Below, in pieces: positions 8,424 to 16,729 of a DNA stretch of 31,154 nucleotides (position 1 is the first letter of the stretch; each line of letters begins with the position of its first letter). Source of the DNA: Candidatus Thorarchaeota archaeon (lineage in GTDB: Archaea; Asgardarchaeota; Thorarchaeia; Thorarchaeales; Thorarchaeaceae); the NCBI GenBank assembly GCA_048882325.1, contig JBHLRS010000003.1, forward strand, positions 146,379 through 177,532, written 5' to 3'. Under the pieces are notes generated by a model. That model did no database searches. It saw nothing but the letters and a program-made list of their open reading frames with translations, and was not told the origin of the DNA. A program made the position numbers and the translations under genes.

Positions 8424-9182
8424 CTATTTTTTGGATCTCCTGCCTTTCTTGCCTCTACCTCTGGATATCAGCTTCTTCGGCTTTGGTTTGTGAGGTATAG
8501 CCCGCGGGGGCTTGACTGTGGGTTTTTCCTTCTTAGGTTTCTTTGCTGCTGGCTTCGCAGCTGCTTTCTTTGCAGGTGCTTGAGCCTTCTTCTTTTTCTT
8601 CAGTTGAGCGGCTGGAATTGCATCGAGCACTTTCTTGACAGCTGTGACCTTTTTAGGAATTCCAGTAATGGTCGTCTTCTTCTTTCCTAACTCACTAAAC
8701 ATAGTTGATTTGTCACCATAATGGTTGAAAGACGAAACGATGTGCTCGCCTGAAATTCTATCGTCACTGGGAATGATATCGGGATCATGTGGTACTTCTA
8801 GACCTGCATCAACTGCACCTTTTAATGCTGCATAGATTCTTGATCCCTTGACTGGCGGATTAAGGCCCACATCTAGTACCGCTTCCTTGACACCTCGACT
8901 CTTGGCTCTGAGACCTGCTAGGTATCCGGTCAGATAAGCTGCAGGAATATTGCCTGTACCCGCCTCCCATCCGTGATTACCAAGCTCAGTTGAGATGGCA
9001 GACGCTACTGTCGAATCGCCGACAACGCTGGCATTGACAACTTGTACTATTGTGTTCGTGTTTGTTTTCCTTACTACAAGTCTTGGACGTCTGGAGAGCA
9101 GCAATCGTTTCCGACGATAGTAGTTGGTTTTACCCTCTCTCCTACGTCGAAACTTGACTCTGTATGTTGGTCCCTGCGCCAT
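8424..9182 (-). CDS. rpl18: 50S ribosomal protein uL18 with Lys/Ala/Pro-rich C-terminal extension
   Basis: GPTYRVKFRRRREGKTNY, AAYLTG, LKGAVDAGLEVPH. Confidence 0.97.
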   Translation of the reverse strand: MAQGPTYRVKFRRRREGKTNYYRRKRLLLSRRPRLVVRKTNTNTIVQVVNASVVGDSTVASAISTELGNHGWEAGTGNIPAAYLTGYLAGLRAKSRGVKEAVLDVGLNPPVKGSRIYAALKGAVDAGLEVPHDPDIIPSDDRISGEHIVSSFNHYGDKSTMFSELGKKKTTITGIPKKVTAVKKVLDAIPAAQLKKKKKAQAPAKKAAAKPAAKKPKKEKPTVKPPRAIPHKPKPKKLISRGRGKKGRRSKK

Positions 9183-9628
9183 TATTTGGACAGCCTCCTC
9201 TCTGAAATGTATGTTCTAAGGTGAGCAGTGTTTCGAAATGCATTGCCTTTGGCTTTCAGATAGAGTTCTCTGTAGACTTTCGGTGTGATCTTGCCTTCAT
9301 CACGAAGTTTGCGAAGCTCCTTCCGCATTGGTCGGACTTTCATCATCCAACGTTGTTTACTGCTCAGCTTGGATGTTGCTTTACCTTTCTTCCTTCCTGG
9401 ACCTGACCTCTGACCTTTTCGCTTCTGACGTAGATTATATCGGGCTCGGCCTCTACTGACACCACGAACTGGTTTCTTTTGGATTGCACCTTCATCAACC
9501 AGACGTCTGATGTCATCCCTTGTGATAGCGAGACTAATCTCGTCTTCGAATACAGGATCCATCCAGACGCGGGTTTCTCCGCACTTCAATACGTCTGCGG
9601 CCAGTCTCTTTTGTGTACTGAGTTTCAT
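9182..9628 (-). CDS. rpl19e: 50S ribosomal protein eL19
   Basis: QKRLAADVLKCG..RVWMDP, AITRDDIR, YRELYLKAKGNAF. Confidence 0.97.
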   Translation of the reverse strand: MKLSTQKRLAADVLKCGETRVWMDPVFEDEISLAITRDDIRRLVDEGAIQKKPVRGVSRGRARYNLRQKRKGQRSGPGRKKGKATSKLSSKQRWMMKVRPMRKELRKLRDEGKITPKVYRELYLKAKGNAFRNTAHLRTYISERRLSK

Positions 9629-9630
9629 TC

Positions 9631-10455
9631 TTAGTCCACCTCCAAGTCAAGATCCGTGAAGAGGTCTGCTTCATCTATTTCCTCACCCTTACCAGGATTG
9701 AGTACTCTCAGGAGTTTCGCATCTGCTGCAGCTATAATCTCTTGTCGCTTCCTGAAACCAACAGTAGAGGCGATACGGACAGCATGAATGTCTGGATCCA
9801 GTTCTTCAAGTTCAGAAGCTCTGTGAACTCTGACCTCTACGTACAGTGAAGGATGGAGGTCTCTGACTGCTTTCGGTGTGCGATAACCTGAGGAAACCAT
9901 TGCAATACGTCCTTTTCGCTTCTCACGAATTGGACTGTCTATTCCTCTGACTTTTCGCCAGGAATCACTTACCCTGGTCCATCTATGTGTCTGTTCATGA
10001 CGAAACTTTGGCATGCGCTTCTTTTTCTGTTGGGCAATCTTCAGAAGTCTCTGGTCTGTATTTTTCACCCTTAGTGGGACTTCGACCTTCGGCTTCTTCT
10101 TGGGCTTAGCTTTCTTTGGCTTCTTCTTTGGCTCTGCTTTCTTCTTCTTGGGCTTAGCTTTCTTTGGTGCTTCTTTCTTAGGAGCAGCCTTCTTCTCAGC
10201 TTTTGGTTTAGCCTTCTTTTTTGGTTTCTCTGTTGATTTCTTCTTAGGCGCTTCTTTATCCTTAGGAAGTAGCTTTGAAGCTTCGAAAATGAAACTCTCT
10301 GCACTGGTTTCTCCAACACCCTCGACTTTTTCTGAGAGCTTCTTTGGATCCATCTTCGATAAACTGAGGACTGTCTTTATTCCAGCCTCACGGAGTTTCT
10401 CCTCCATTGCTGGTCCAATTCCTGGGACATCGCTCAGTTTTGGTTTCTTCGACAT
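9631..10455 (-). CDS. rpl32e: 50S ribosomal protein eL32 fused to an N-terminal helix-hairpin-helix domain by a Lys-rich linker
   Basis: C-terminal PKFRH..W, WRKVRGIDS, GYRTPKAVRDLHPS; N-terminal LSDVPGIGP and VEGVG HhH motifs. Confidence 0.93.
   Translation of the reverse strand: MSKKPKLSDVPGIGPAMEEKLREAGIKTVLSLSKMDPKKLSEKVEGVGETSAESFIFEASKLLPKDKEAPKKKSTEKPKKKAKPKAEKKAAPKKEAPKKAKPKKKKAEPKKKPKKAKPKKKPKVEVPLRVKNTDQRLLKIAQQKKKRMPKFRHEQTHRWTRVSDSWRKVRGIDSPIREKRKGRIAMVSSGYRTPKAVRDLHPSLYVEVRVHRASELEELDPDIHAVRIASTVGFRKRQEIIAAADAKLLRVLNPGKGEEIDEADLFTDLDLEVD
10093..10167. repeat. Exact 27-nt direct repeat (10093-10119 and 10141-10167) encoding PKKAKPKKK in the eL32 linker
   Basis: cttcttcttgggcttagctttctttgg occurs twice with a 48-nt period. 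Confidence 0.9.
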
Positions 10456-10468
10456 TTCATTCCTACTC

Positions 10469-11032
10469 CTATACTATTGCCTTTGTTTCCTCGCCTTTCC
10501 TCTTCCTGATGACATAGATTCCATCAAGGAAGACTCTGCGGTCTTTGTCACGGATCTTGCATGCCTGTTGGATATTGGCCGCACTCTGTGACACATGTTC
10601 GATATCGATTCCGCTGATGAACACTTCATCTTCTGTTGTCCTTACTTGGACATCGCCTATCAGACGGGCTGTTCTCACGCCACGTTCTCCGATGAAGTTC
10701 TTGATTATCACTATCTTGTCCTTTACCTCCACTGTGATTGGGAAGTGACTGTACACAATCTTCAGCTCATACTCATAGCCATGCTGTACACCAATGAACA
10801 TGTTCCGAACATGTGCTACAACAGTTCCGACAAGGGCTTTGGATCTTTTTCTATTGATATGAGTAGTAACAATCAGCTCATTACCTTCAGTCTTGATCTT
10901 GGTCTGTGGCTCTGGGAATGAACGTTCAAGAGAACCCATAGGACCACTGACTGTGACTGTCTTGTCCTCTAGTGAGAGCTTACACTCACTCGGTATCTCA
11001 ATCCGTTGTTCATAGACTACATCTTCAGTCAT
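10469..11032 (-). CDS. rpl6: 50S ribosomal protein uL6
   Basis: VYSHFPI, NFIGE, KDRRVFLDGIY. Confidence 0.97.
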   Translation of the reverse strand: MTEDVVYEQRIEIPSECKLSLEDKTVTVSGPMGSLERSFPEPQTKIKTEGNELIVTTHINRKRSKALVGTVVAHVRNMFIGVQHGYEYELKIVYSHFPITVEVKDKIVIIKNFIGERGVRTARLIGDVQVRTTEDEVFISGIDIEHVSQSAANIQQACKIRDKDRRVFLDGIYVIRKRKGEETKAIV

Positions 11033-11045
11033 TTGTCAGTTCTCC

Positions 11046-11438
11046 TCAATACACGTATGCCAGTAATCTTCCTCCAATACCTCGTGTCTTGGCATCCTCA
11101 TGAGTCATCACACCCTCTGGTGTTGTGACAATTAGAATGCCATAGTTGAAGGCTGGTAGGAACCGTTTCTCGAACTTCTCGAAACCATCCCGTCGCACTG
11201 GGAATCTAGGCTTGATTACACCACACTTGTTTGTCCGGCCCATGAGTTGTATGCGGAATCTACCCGCTTTTCCATCATCAATGCGCTCAAACTCTCCGAT
11301 GTACCCCTTCGATTGCATGACCTGTAACACTTTCTCTATCAGGCGTGATGCTGGGGCGATAACCACTTCTGGCTTACCAACTATCTCACTGTTGTAAATG
11401 TTAGACATTGCATCAGCCAATGGGTCTAGTAGTGTCAT
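11046..11438 (-). CDS. rps8: 30S ribosomal protein uS8
   Basis: [36 protein letters not shown]; start corrected to ATG 11438. Confidence 0.97.
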   Translation of the reverse strand: MTLLDPLADAMSNIYNSEIVGKPEVVIAPASRLIEKVLQVMQSKGYIGEFERIDDGKAGRFRIQLMGRTNKCGVIKPRFPVRRDGFEKFEKRFLPAFNYGILIVTTPEGVMTHEDAKTRGIGGRLLAYVY

Positions 11439-11454
11439 TTTTTCTGAAGCCTCC

Positions 11455-11625
11455 TCACTCGTACTTGCGGAAACCAAGTTTCTCCGCAGTTTCTCTAAAG
11501 CAGCGTCGGCACATGTTGAGACCGTAAGATCTGATTATTGCCTGGTGAGTTCCACAGCGAACGCATGTTCTACTACCTTTGCCCATTTTTTTGCGGTGTC
11601 TAGTCCGTTCTTTCTTTGCACTCAT
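11455..11625 (-). CDS. rps14: 30S ribosomal protein uS14 (Zn-binding), 56 aa, missing from the ORF track
   Basis: Hand translation [56 protein letters not shown]; lies between uL5 and uS8. Confidence 0.96.
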   Translation of the reverse strand: MSAKKERTRHRKKMGKGSRTCVRCGTHQAIIRSYGLNMCRRCFRETAEKLGFRKYE

Positions 11626-11636
11626 CAATGATCACC

Positions 11637-12212
11637 TCAGAACAGATAGGTTCGCTCACGCTCCTTCTCGAGTATCTCGATTCCGAACTTGTTCTTGACG
11701 AATACCATACTCTCTTCTGGAGTCAGGCGATGCCTGTATGGTACTTTCGTCTTCTTTCTCCGTCTGCGCTTCACTCTGAAGCCAGGGCGTTCGATACATA
11801 CTGTGATGTTCATACCTTGAATCCCAAGTTGTGGGTCATACTTCACATCGGGTATGTCAATGTGCTCTGCAATACCAAAGGCGAAATTACCATCTAAGTC
11901 CCAGTTTTTGATTAAAAGAACATCATCCTTTGCTTTTAGTGCTCTTGCAAGAAACTTCTCAGCTTTCTTGTGCCGTAAAGTGACTCTTACAGCAATAGCT
12001 TCTTTTCTTCGGATTCCAAAGTCTCTAACAGTTTGCTTTGCTCGTGACTGTGTAGGATTTTGTCCGGTAAGCTCCTCAAGAATGGTTGCCGCTCTGTTGA
12101 GTGGCTCACCTCCGCCAGTACAGACATCTATGACGACCTTCGCCACATAGGGCTCTCTCATTGGATATGCTTTCCAGTCATCAAGGTAGATCTGGTCATT
12201 CTCGATGCTCAC
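11637..12212 (-). CDS. rpl5: 50S ribosomal protein uL5
   Basis: AKQTVRDFGIR, GNFAFGIAEHIDIP, YDPQLGIQG, RPGFRV. Confidence 0.97.
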   Translation of the reverse strand: MSIENDQIYLDDWKAYPMREPYVAKVVIDVCTGGGEPLNRAATILEELTGQNPTQSRAKQTVRDFGIRRKEAIAVRVTLRHKKAEKFLARALKAKDDVLLIKNWDLDGNFAFGIAEHIDIPDVKYDPQLGIQGMNITVCIERPGFRVKRRRRKKTKVPYRHRLTPEESMVFVKNKFGIEILEKERERTYLF

Positions 12213-12964
12213 TCGGAACTACCTCCTTTGGATTCCAGAGCAACCTCTGGTTTGCTCTTTCCAACGACGAATACGTATTCAAGCGCAGTTTGGAACCTGT
12301 TTCCATCAGGATCCTGAAGTGTAACGGTACTCGCGTTGGTGCCAAGTCTCTTCTCAATCTCGAGGATTTTTCCTTCGATACCAACGTTCTTGCCTCGTGA
12401 TACGACAGCGTACGCACCTTTGTCGAGATTGATGGTCTTCATGAGTTTCTGTGTGGGGATTCCAACTTTTAGCGTGTCTAGTGTTTGATAATCAGCGGCT
12501 TTCTCTCCCTCTGGAAGTAGTAGAGTTCTTCCATCATGCAGACCCAGCTGAACTTTGCCGCCTTTCACCATGGTCTTGGTTTCAATGCGACAAAGCTTGA
12601 ACTTGGCCTCTGCGTCATCAATACTTACAAGTTTCAGACCACCTCGCAACTTCGGCAGGAGTCTGAATCGTTCCCCGGATGTCGTGATTTCAACCACATC
12701 CATGAGACCAACTGGAAATCGGCCATCTTTTCGAATCACACCGTCTACCAAAACTTGCCCGCTGGAGAGTATTGATTTCACTTCACGCATATTCTCAGCG
12801 TATCCAAGAACTTCTCTCAATAGTATGGCCAGTGTAAGACTGTGCTCCTTTGGATGTGGACCTGGAATCACTCTTGTCGTGAACTTTGACTCTTTTCTCT
12901 TAATAGGCCAGTGTCTTGGTGCTGGTAGTCTCTTCAGGTGTTTCTTTTGACCTCGTCTTGCCAT
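12209..12964 (-). CDS. rps4e: 30S ribosomal protein eS4
   Basis: KHLKRLPAP..W, PGPH, FPVGLMDV, LHDGRT. Confidence 0.97.
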   Translation of the reverse strand: MARRGQKKHLKRLPAPRHWPIKRKESKFTTRVIPGPHPKEHSLTLAILLREVLGYAENMREVKSILSSGQVLVDGVIRKDGRFPVGLMDVVEITTSGERFRLLPKLRGGLKLVSIDDAEAKFKLCRIETKTMVKGGKVQLGLHDGRTLLLPEGEKAADYQTLDTLKVGIPTQKLMKTINLDKGAYAVVSRGKNVGIEGKILEIEKRLGTNASTVTLQDPDGNRFQTALEYVFVVGKSKPEVALESKGGSSE

Positions 12965-13353
12965 TATTCTTCACCCTCCCCCACTTTCATGACCTTTCGT
13001 TCAATGATGGTCTTCCTCTCATCATCCAGTTCCAGTTTCACAAGCATGAGATTTGAAGGATGCATCGGCACATGAGCCTCCTTTCCATCTGCTTTCGTGA
13101 TTGTAGTGTTGTCAAGATAGACCAATCCCTTCTTGTAGCTAACATTGGTGACCTTGCCCTCGGTGTCACGAAATTGACCTCTCATTATTCTGACAAGATC
13201 TCCTTTCTTGATGACAAGAGATCGCAGCCCATACTCTTCCTGTAGGAATTCGTCTAACCGGCACTTGAGCAAATTCTTTCGCTCATGCAGAGTGGCATTC
13301 CGAACTCTCCTGCGCTGTTTCCTTGGTGACTTTGAGCTTGGTTTCTTTACCAT
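12964..13353 (-). CDS. rpl24: 50S ribosomal protein uL24
   Basis: SKSPRKQR, KGDLVRIMRG KOW motif, HPSNL; start corrected to ATG 13353. Confidence 0.96.
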   Translation of the reverse strand: MVKKPSSKSPRKQRRRVRNATLHERKNLLKCRLDEFLQEEYGLRSLVIKKGDLVRIMRGQFRDTEGKVTNVSYKKGLVYLDNTTITKADGKEAHVPMHPSNLMLVKLELDDERKTIIERKVMKVGEGEE

Positions 13354-13364
13354 AATTCTCACCC

Positions 13365-13787
13365 TCACACAATCTTTGAAGCAATTGCTGCAACTCTGGG
13401 CCACTTCAGAGTGACCTCTCTTGCCATGGGTCCTCGCAGCTCTGAGCCCTGGGGCTCACCTCCTGGTTTTACCAAGACTGCTGCATTATCCTCAAACTGC
13501 ATCCAGGTGCCATCAGGTCTTCTGAACGGTTTTCTCTGTCGTACAATGATTGCTTGGAGAACCTGCTTTCGTAGTTCCTGTTTTCCCTTTGTGACTGATA
13601 CATTGACCATATCACCAACTCCCGCCTTTCCCAGCTTTCTCAGTTTGCCTTTGTAACCAAATACGGTGATCAGTTTGAGCTCCTTAGCTCCGGAGTTGTC
13701 AGCACACATAATGGTGGCACCAATCGGGAGTCCTCGAGCAATTCGGGGAATGAATTTCCTAATTCCTCTTCCAACTTTTCTTGACAC
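13365..13787 (-). CDS. rpl14: 50S ribosomal protein uL14
   Basis: CADNSGAK, IVRQRK, FEDNAAV. Confidence 0.97.
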   Translation of the reverse strand: MSRKVGRGIRKFIPRIARGLPIGATIMCADNSGAKELKLITVFGYKGKLRKLGKAGVGDMVNVSVTKGKQELRKQVLQAIIVRQRKPFRRPDGTWMQFEDNAAVLVKPGGEPQGSELRGPMAREVTLKWPRVAAIASKIV

Positions 13788-13790
13788 AAA

Positions 13791-14159
13791 TTATTCCTCC
13801 TTTGCCCCTTCTTCTGCTGGAGTGACCGACACCACAACACTCGAAACATTCTTACTCAAGGGGCGACATTCTACCACTTTCACAGTGTCACCCACTTTCA
13901 CCTCAATACATGGAGGCAAGTGTGCCAGCTTTTTCGATCTACGACGTTCATAACGAGCGTATTTCTTGATAAGACTGAGATAGTCGGTCTGAAAGACAAT
14001 TGTCTTGTGCATCCTTGTGCTAGTGACTATACCATCCATGACACGACCTCTCACTGAGAGACTACCGTGAAATGGACAATGCTTGTCATCACAAGTGCTT
14101 TCAGGCGGTTCCACGTTTGGGATGCCAATGTTTCGGACTTTGTTCTTTGTTTCAGACAT
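13791..14159 (-). CDS. rps17: 30S ribosomal protein uS17
   Basis: CDDKHCPFHG, KYARYERR, ECRPLSK. Confidence 0.97.
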   Translation of the reverse strand: MSETKNKVRNIGIPNVEPPESTCDDKHCPFHGSLSVRGRVMDGIVTSTRMHKTIVFQTDYLSLIKKYARYERRRSKKLAHLPPCIEVKVGDTVKVVECRPLSKNVSSVVVSVTPAEEGAKEE

Positions 14160-14160
14160 T

Positions 14161-14445
14161 TCACCAGCTCCTATTGAGGCGTTTCTTCATCCTGTCTTCT
14201 GGTCTTCCTCTTAGTAGTCCACCATCGATTCTGACCACTGAGTTATCTGGGAGAGTCATGTCGAAGACACAGATGTCCTTTGGGACTGCTATGGTTCCAT
14301 GCTCCGTTCCAATCTGGAACATCTCTTTGGTTTCACCCAGGATTATTCCCTTTCTGCACACGTGATTGGGGTCCTTGGATTCTATAATGTGTGTTGACAG
14401 ACCCACAAGCTCGTGTCTTACTATATTATGAGGAGTGATTCTCAT
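14161..14445 (-). CDS. rnp1: Ribonuclease P protein component 1 (Rpp29/Pop4)
   Basis: HELVGL, ETK, VPK, LRGRPEDR; position between uL29 and uS17. Confidence 0.93.
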   Translation of the reverse strand: MRITPHNIVRHELVGLSTHIIESKDPNHVCRKGIILGETKEMFQIGTEHGTIAVPKDICVFDMTLPDNSVVRIDGGLLRGRPEDRMKKRLNRSW

Positions 14446-14654
14446 TCTGTTTCCTCCATCTCCTCTTCATGCTGAATTGTGAGGATTCTGGCAATCGCCT
14501 TCCTCACATTACGGATTCTGTACGGGTTCTCTGTACCTCCACCAGTTGCAGCTTCAATTCTGATGGATGACATCTCATTGTACAGCTCGTCTAGTTTCTT
14601 TTGACGTTCTGCTGGTGTCAATTTCCTGATCTCTTTTGCATTCAAACCTGGCAC
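14442..14654 (-). CDS. rpl29: 50S ribosomal protein uL29
   Basis: EIRKLT, ENPYRIRNVRKAIARILT. Confidence 0.95.
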   Translation of the reverse strand: MPGLNAKEIRKLTPAERQKKLDELYNEMSSIRIEAATGGGTENPYRIRNVRKAIARILTIQHEEEMEETE

Positions 14655-15580
14655 TACTCGGCACCTCCTTCATCAAGGGAATCCAATTCCTTTAGGTCTT
14701 CCAAAATTGCCTCTTCAGCAGATTCCTCTGGTTCTTCTTTTTCTTCTTCTTCTTCGTCGAGGTTCTTTTCCTCGGTGGCAGGTTCTCCCTCTGGCTCGGG
14801 CGGAGTTTCCTCTTCCACCTCAAAGGGGTCATCAACCAACTCAAGTCCATCAAGCTCTTCTAGCTCGCGAAGCTCATCAATGTCAGTGATTCCCTCTAGT
14901 GCATCTTCAACCACTGCTACCTCTTCGTCAACCTCTTCTTCCTCAGGCTTTTTGACGAGTTCAATCTCTTCCTTCTTTCTTGGTTTGGGTGGTTTAATGT
15001 GTATGACACCAGGAAGTTTCGAATCAGGTCTCATGATTCGAACAGTGATTCCAATAACACCGGGTTTTAGAACTGCCATGTCGTTTGCATGGTCAACAAA
15101 GACACCTGCGGGTTCTCCTGTTTTTGCTATCGTACCCTGTTTGAATTTCTGATATCGGGCTCGTCTGCTTGAAAGTTTGCCCTTTACTATAATCTCACAG
15201 CCTATCGCCCCAGCTCGCATCACGCGTCTGAGGATCCAATACGCCATTCTGCGGAAGCGGACACCTCTTTCGAGTTGTCTTGCTAGTCGTGAAGCCATCA
15301 CAGCGGCATCTAGCCATGGGTTCTCAATCTCAGAAACCTCAAGTTGTACATTCTCAATACCAAATTCATTCTCTAGGATGTAGGTCAGTTCTCTGATTTT
15401 CGCACCGCGGCGACCAATCACAACACCTGGTCTAGAGGCATGAATGACAACCTCCGTCTTCATTGGCATCTTTCTGATTTCTACACCACCATATCCTGCT
15501 GCATTGAGCTCACTTGATAGAAACTCATCAATTGCCAATCTACGAGAGTTCTGCTCTATGAAGTACTTGACTGCTGACAC
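14654..15580 (-). CDS. rps3: 30S ribosomal protein uS3 with long acidic C-terminal tail
   Basis: KH motif RPGVVIGRRG, GAIGCEI..GKL, GVIGITVRIM; about 100 Glu/Asp-rich C-terminal residues. Confidence 0.97.
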   Translation of the reverse strand: MSAVKYFIEQNSRRLAIDEFLSSELNAAGYGGVEIRKMPMKTEVVIHASRPGVVIGRRGAKIRELTYILENEFGIENVQLEVSEIENPWLDAAVMASRLARQLERGVRFRRMAYWILRRVMRAGAIGCEIIVKGKLSSRRARYQKFKQGTIAKTGEPAGVFVDHANDMAVLKPGVIGITVRIMRPDSKLPGVIHIKPPKPRKKEEIELVKKPEEEEVDEEVAVVEDALEGITDIDELRELEELDGLELVDDPFEVEEETPPEPEGEPATEEKNLDEEEEEKEEPEESAEEAILEDLKELDSLDEGGAE

Positions 15581-16045
15581 TTAGCCCACCTCTTCCAGTA
15601 CAATCTCCACATGGGATGTGTTCTCAAAGTACGGACTACTTCGACCAAATGCTCGTTCGATGTATGCCTTGTAGGTTCGCCCACGCTGGGTTGCAGCATG
15701 GGAAATTCTGAGGCGATCTATGTCCAAACCCTTTGCATCCGCATTGGCTTCTGCATTCTTTAGGACCTTCAGAATGTATTCTGAGGCCTTGACAGGATGA
15801 CCACCCGATGGCCACCTCTTCATTCCAGGATGATGCCCGCGCTTTTTCTTGTGGCGTCTATAGGGAATCCAGGCTTTCTCCTCAATCACAAGTTCAAGGA
15901 GGTCGATAGCTTTGTCCAGCATCATTCCCTTAATGTGATTGCAGACCTCTCTACATTGCTTCGGGGAAACCCGCATATTCCTACCACTAGCTATGGCTGT
16001 CCTATCCGGGTCAATGCCTATGATTGAATATCGATATGATGGCAT
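15581..16045 (-). CDS. rpl22: 50S ribosomal protein uL22
   Basis: RVSPK, LKNAEANA..KGLD, RAFGRSSP, HVEIVL. Confidence 0.97.
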   Translation of the reverse strand: MPSYRYSIIGIDPDRTAIASGRNMRVSPKQCREVCNHIKGMMLDKAIDLLELVIEEKAWIPYRRHKKKRGHHPGMKRWPSGGHPVKASEYILKVLKNAEANADAKGLDIDRLRISHAATQRGRTYKAYIERAFGRSSPYFENTSHVEIVLEEVG

Positions 16046-16067
16046 ATTGCCTCACTTCCGCTGTGGG

Positions 16068-16230
16068 GACTTTATCTTGCCTACTCTGTAAGCTGTAAAG
16101 TCATCATTTTGCTCTCACAACCACTCCCGAACCTACCGGCACCCGTATACAGACTGTTCTCGCGAGCAGAACTAGATGTCTGCACTGCTTCCATCGGTTC
16201 GGAAACAGCTGTCTCAGTTGAGCAGCAGTC
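16068..16230 (-). ncRNA. Candidate structured 5' leader (r-leader) of the ribosomal operon
   Basis: On the minus strand 16196-16212 pairs with 16117-16133 (17 bp including 5 G-U), enclosing UGCAGAC/GUCUGUA and GUUCU/AGAAC stems. A second hairpin spans 16068-16102. Confidence 0.55.
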
Positions 16231-16249
16231 CGGTTTCGGAAGAGTTTTG

Positions 16250-16262
16250 CATTTAAAGCTTG
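16250..16262 (-). promoter_or_regulatory. TATA-box candidate for the ribosomal operon
   Basis: AGCTTTAAATG on the minus strand, about 205 nt upstream of the uL22 ATG. Confidence 0.45.
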
Positions 16263-16290
16263 TCACTTGTCCGAATCCGAAATACAGGAA

Positions 16291-16680
16291 TCAAGGATTA
16301 TCTCCGAATTCAGCAGTGACTCGCCTCAGTACTGGAGTCTTTATCGATTTCTTCACGAGTTCTACACCCGCTTCAGTCAGAGTCCCTTTTACAAAGTGGA
16401 CTCCAGCTGATCGTATGTAGACCAGTCCCTTATTCTTGAGCTTATGGAGGCTGCCCAGCACGATCTGGGTCAGCTCATCCTCAGTGACATCTAACCCTCC
16501 CCCGGGGACTTGTAGGGTTTCAGACATTTTGAGAACATTCCGCATTGAACTGAGCTGGCGACGATTATTGTCATACGGATTGGAATACATCCAGAGCAGA
16601 ACTATGAGGTCCACCACATCGAGACCTATGTCTGGATTGAGCTCCAAAGTCTTCTTGGCCACCAGTTCTACTATTGGCAT
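16291..16680 (-). CDS. Hypothetical winged-helix (MarR-like) protein
   Basis: LHKLKNKGLV.....LTEAG pattern; ATG at 16680 chosen as start. Confidence 0.6.
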   Translation of the reverse strand: MPIVELVAKKTLELNPDIGLDVVDLIVLLWMYSNPYDNNRRQLSSMRNVLKMSETLQVPGGGLDVTEDELTQIVLGSLHKLKNKGLVYIRSAGVHFVKGTLTEAGVELVKKSIKTPVLRRVTAEFGDNP

Positions 16681-16729
16681 GATTTTCACACCTTTGTGCA
16701 CTTGAGTCCTATTCAACTAATCGAAACTT

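Noticed and set aside
10013-10591. Phe-rich 192-aa plus-strand ORF, and similar ORFs at 14601-15152 and 22500-22823
   Set aside because: These are antisense shadows of Lys- or Glu-rich low-complexity coding regions.
11439-11477. N-terminal extensions in the ORF track for uS8, and likewise uL24, GGGPS and ORF 17775
   Set aside because: They come from upstream alternative start codons that overlap neighbouring genes or RBS/intergenic sequence. Downstream starts fit the families better.
16100-16230. 5S rRNA, SRP RNA, C/D sRNA or SECIS in the uL22 upstream region
   Set aside because: CCGAAC is base-paired rather than in a 5S loop C context, there is no SRP helix-8 motif, AUGAUGA has no downstream CUGA box D, and there is no opposing GA for a SECIS core.
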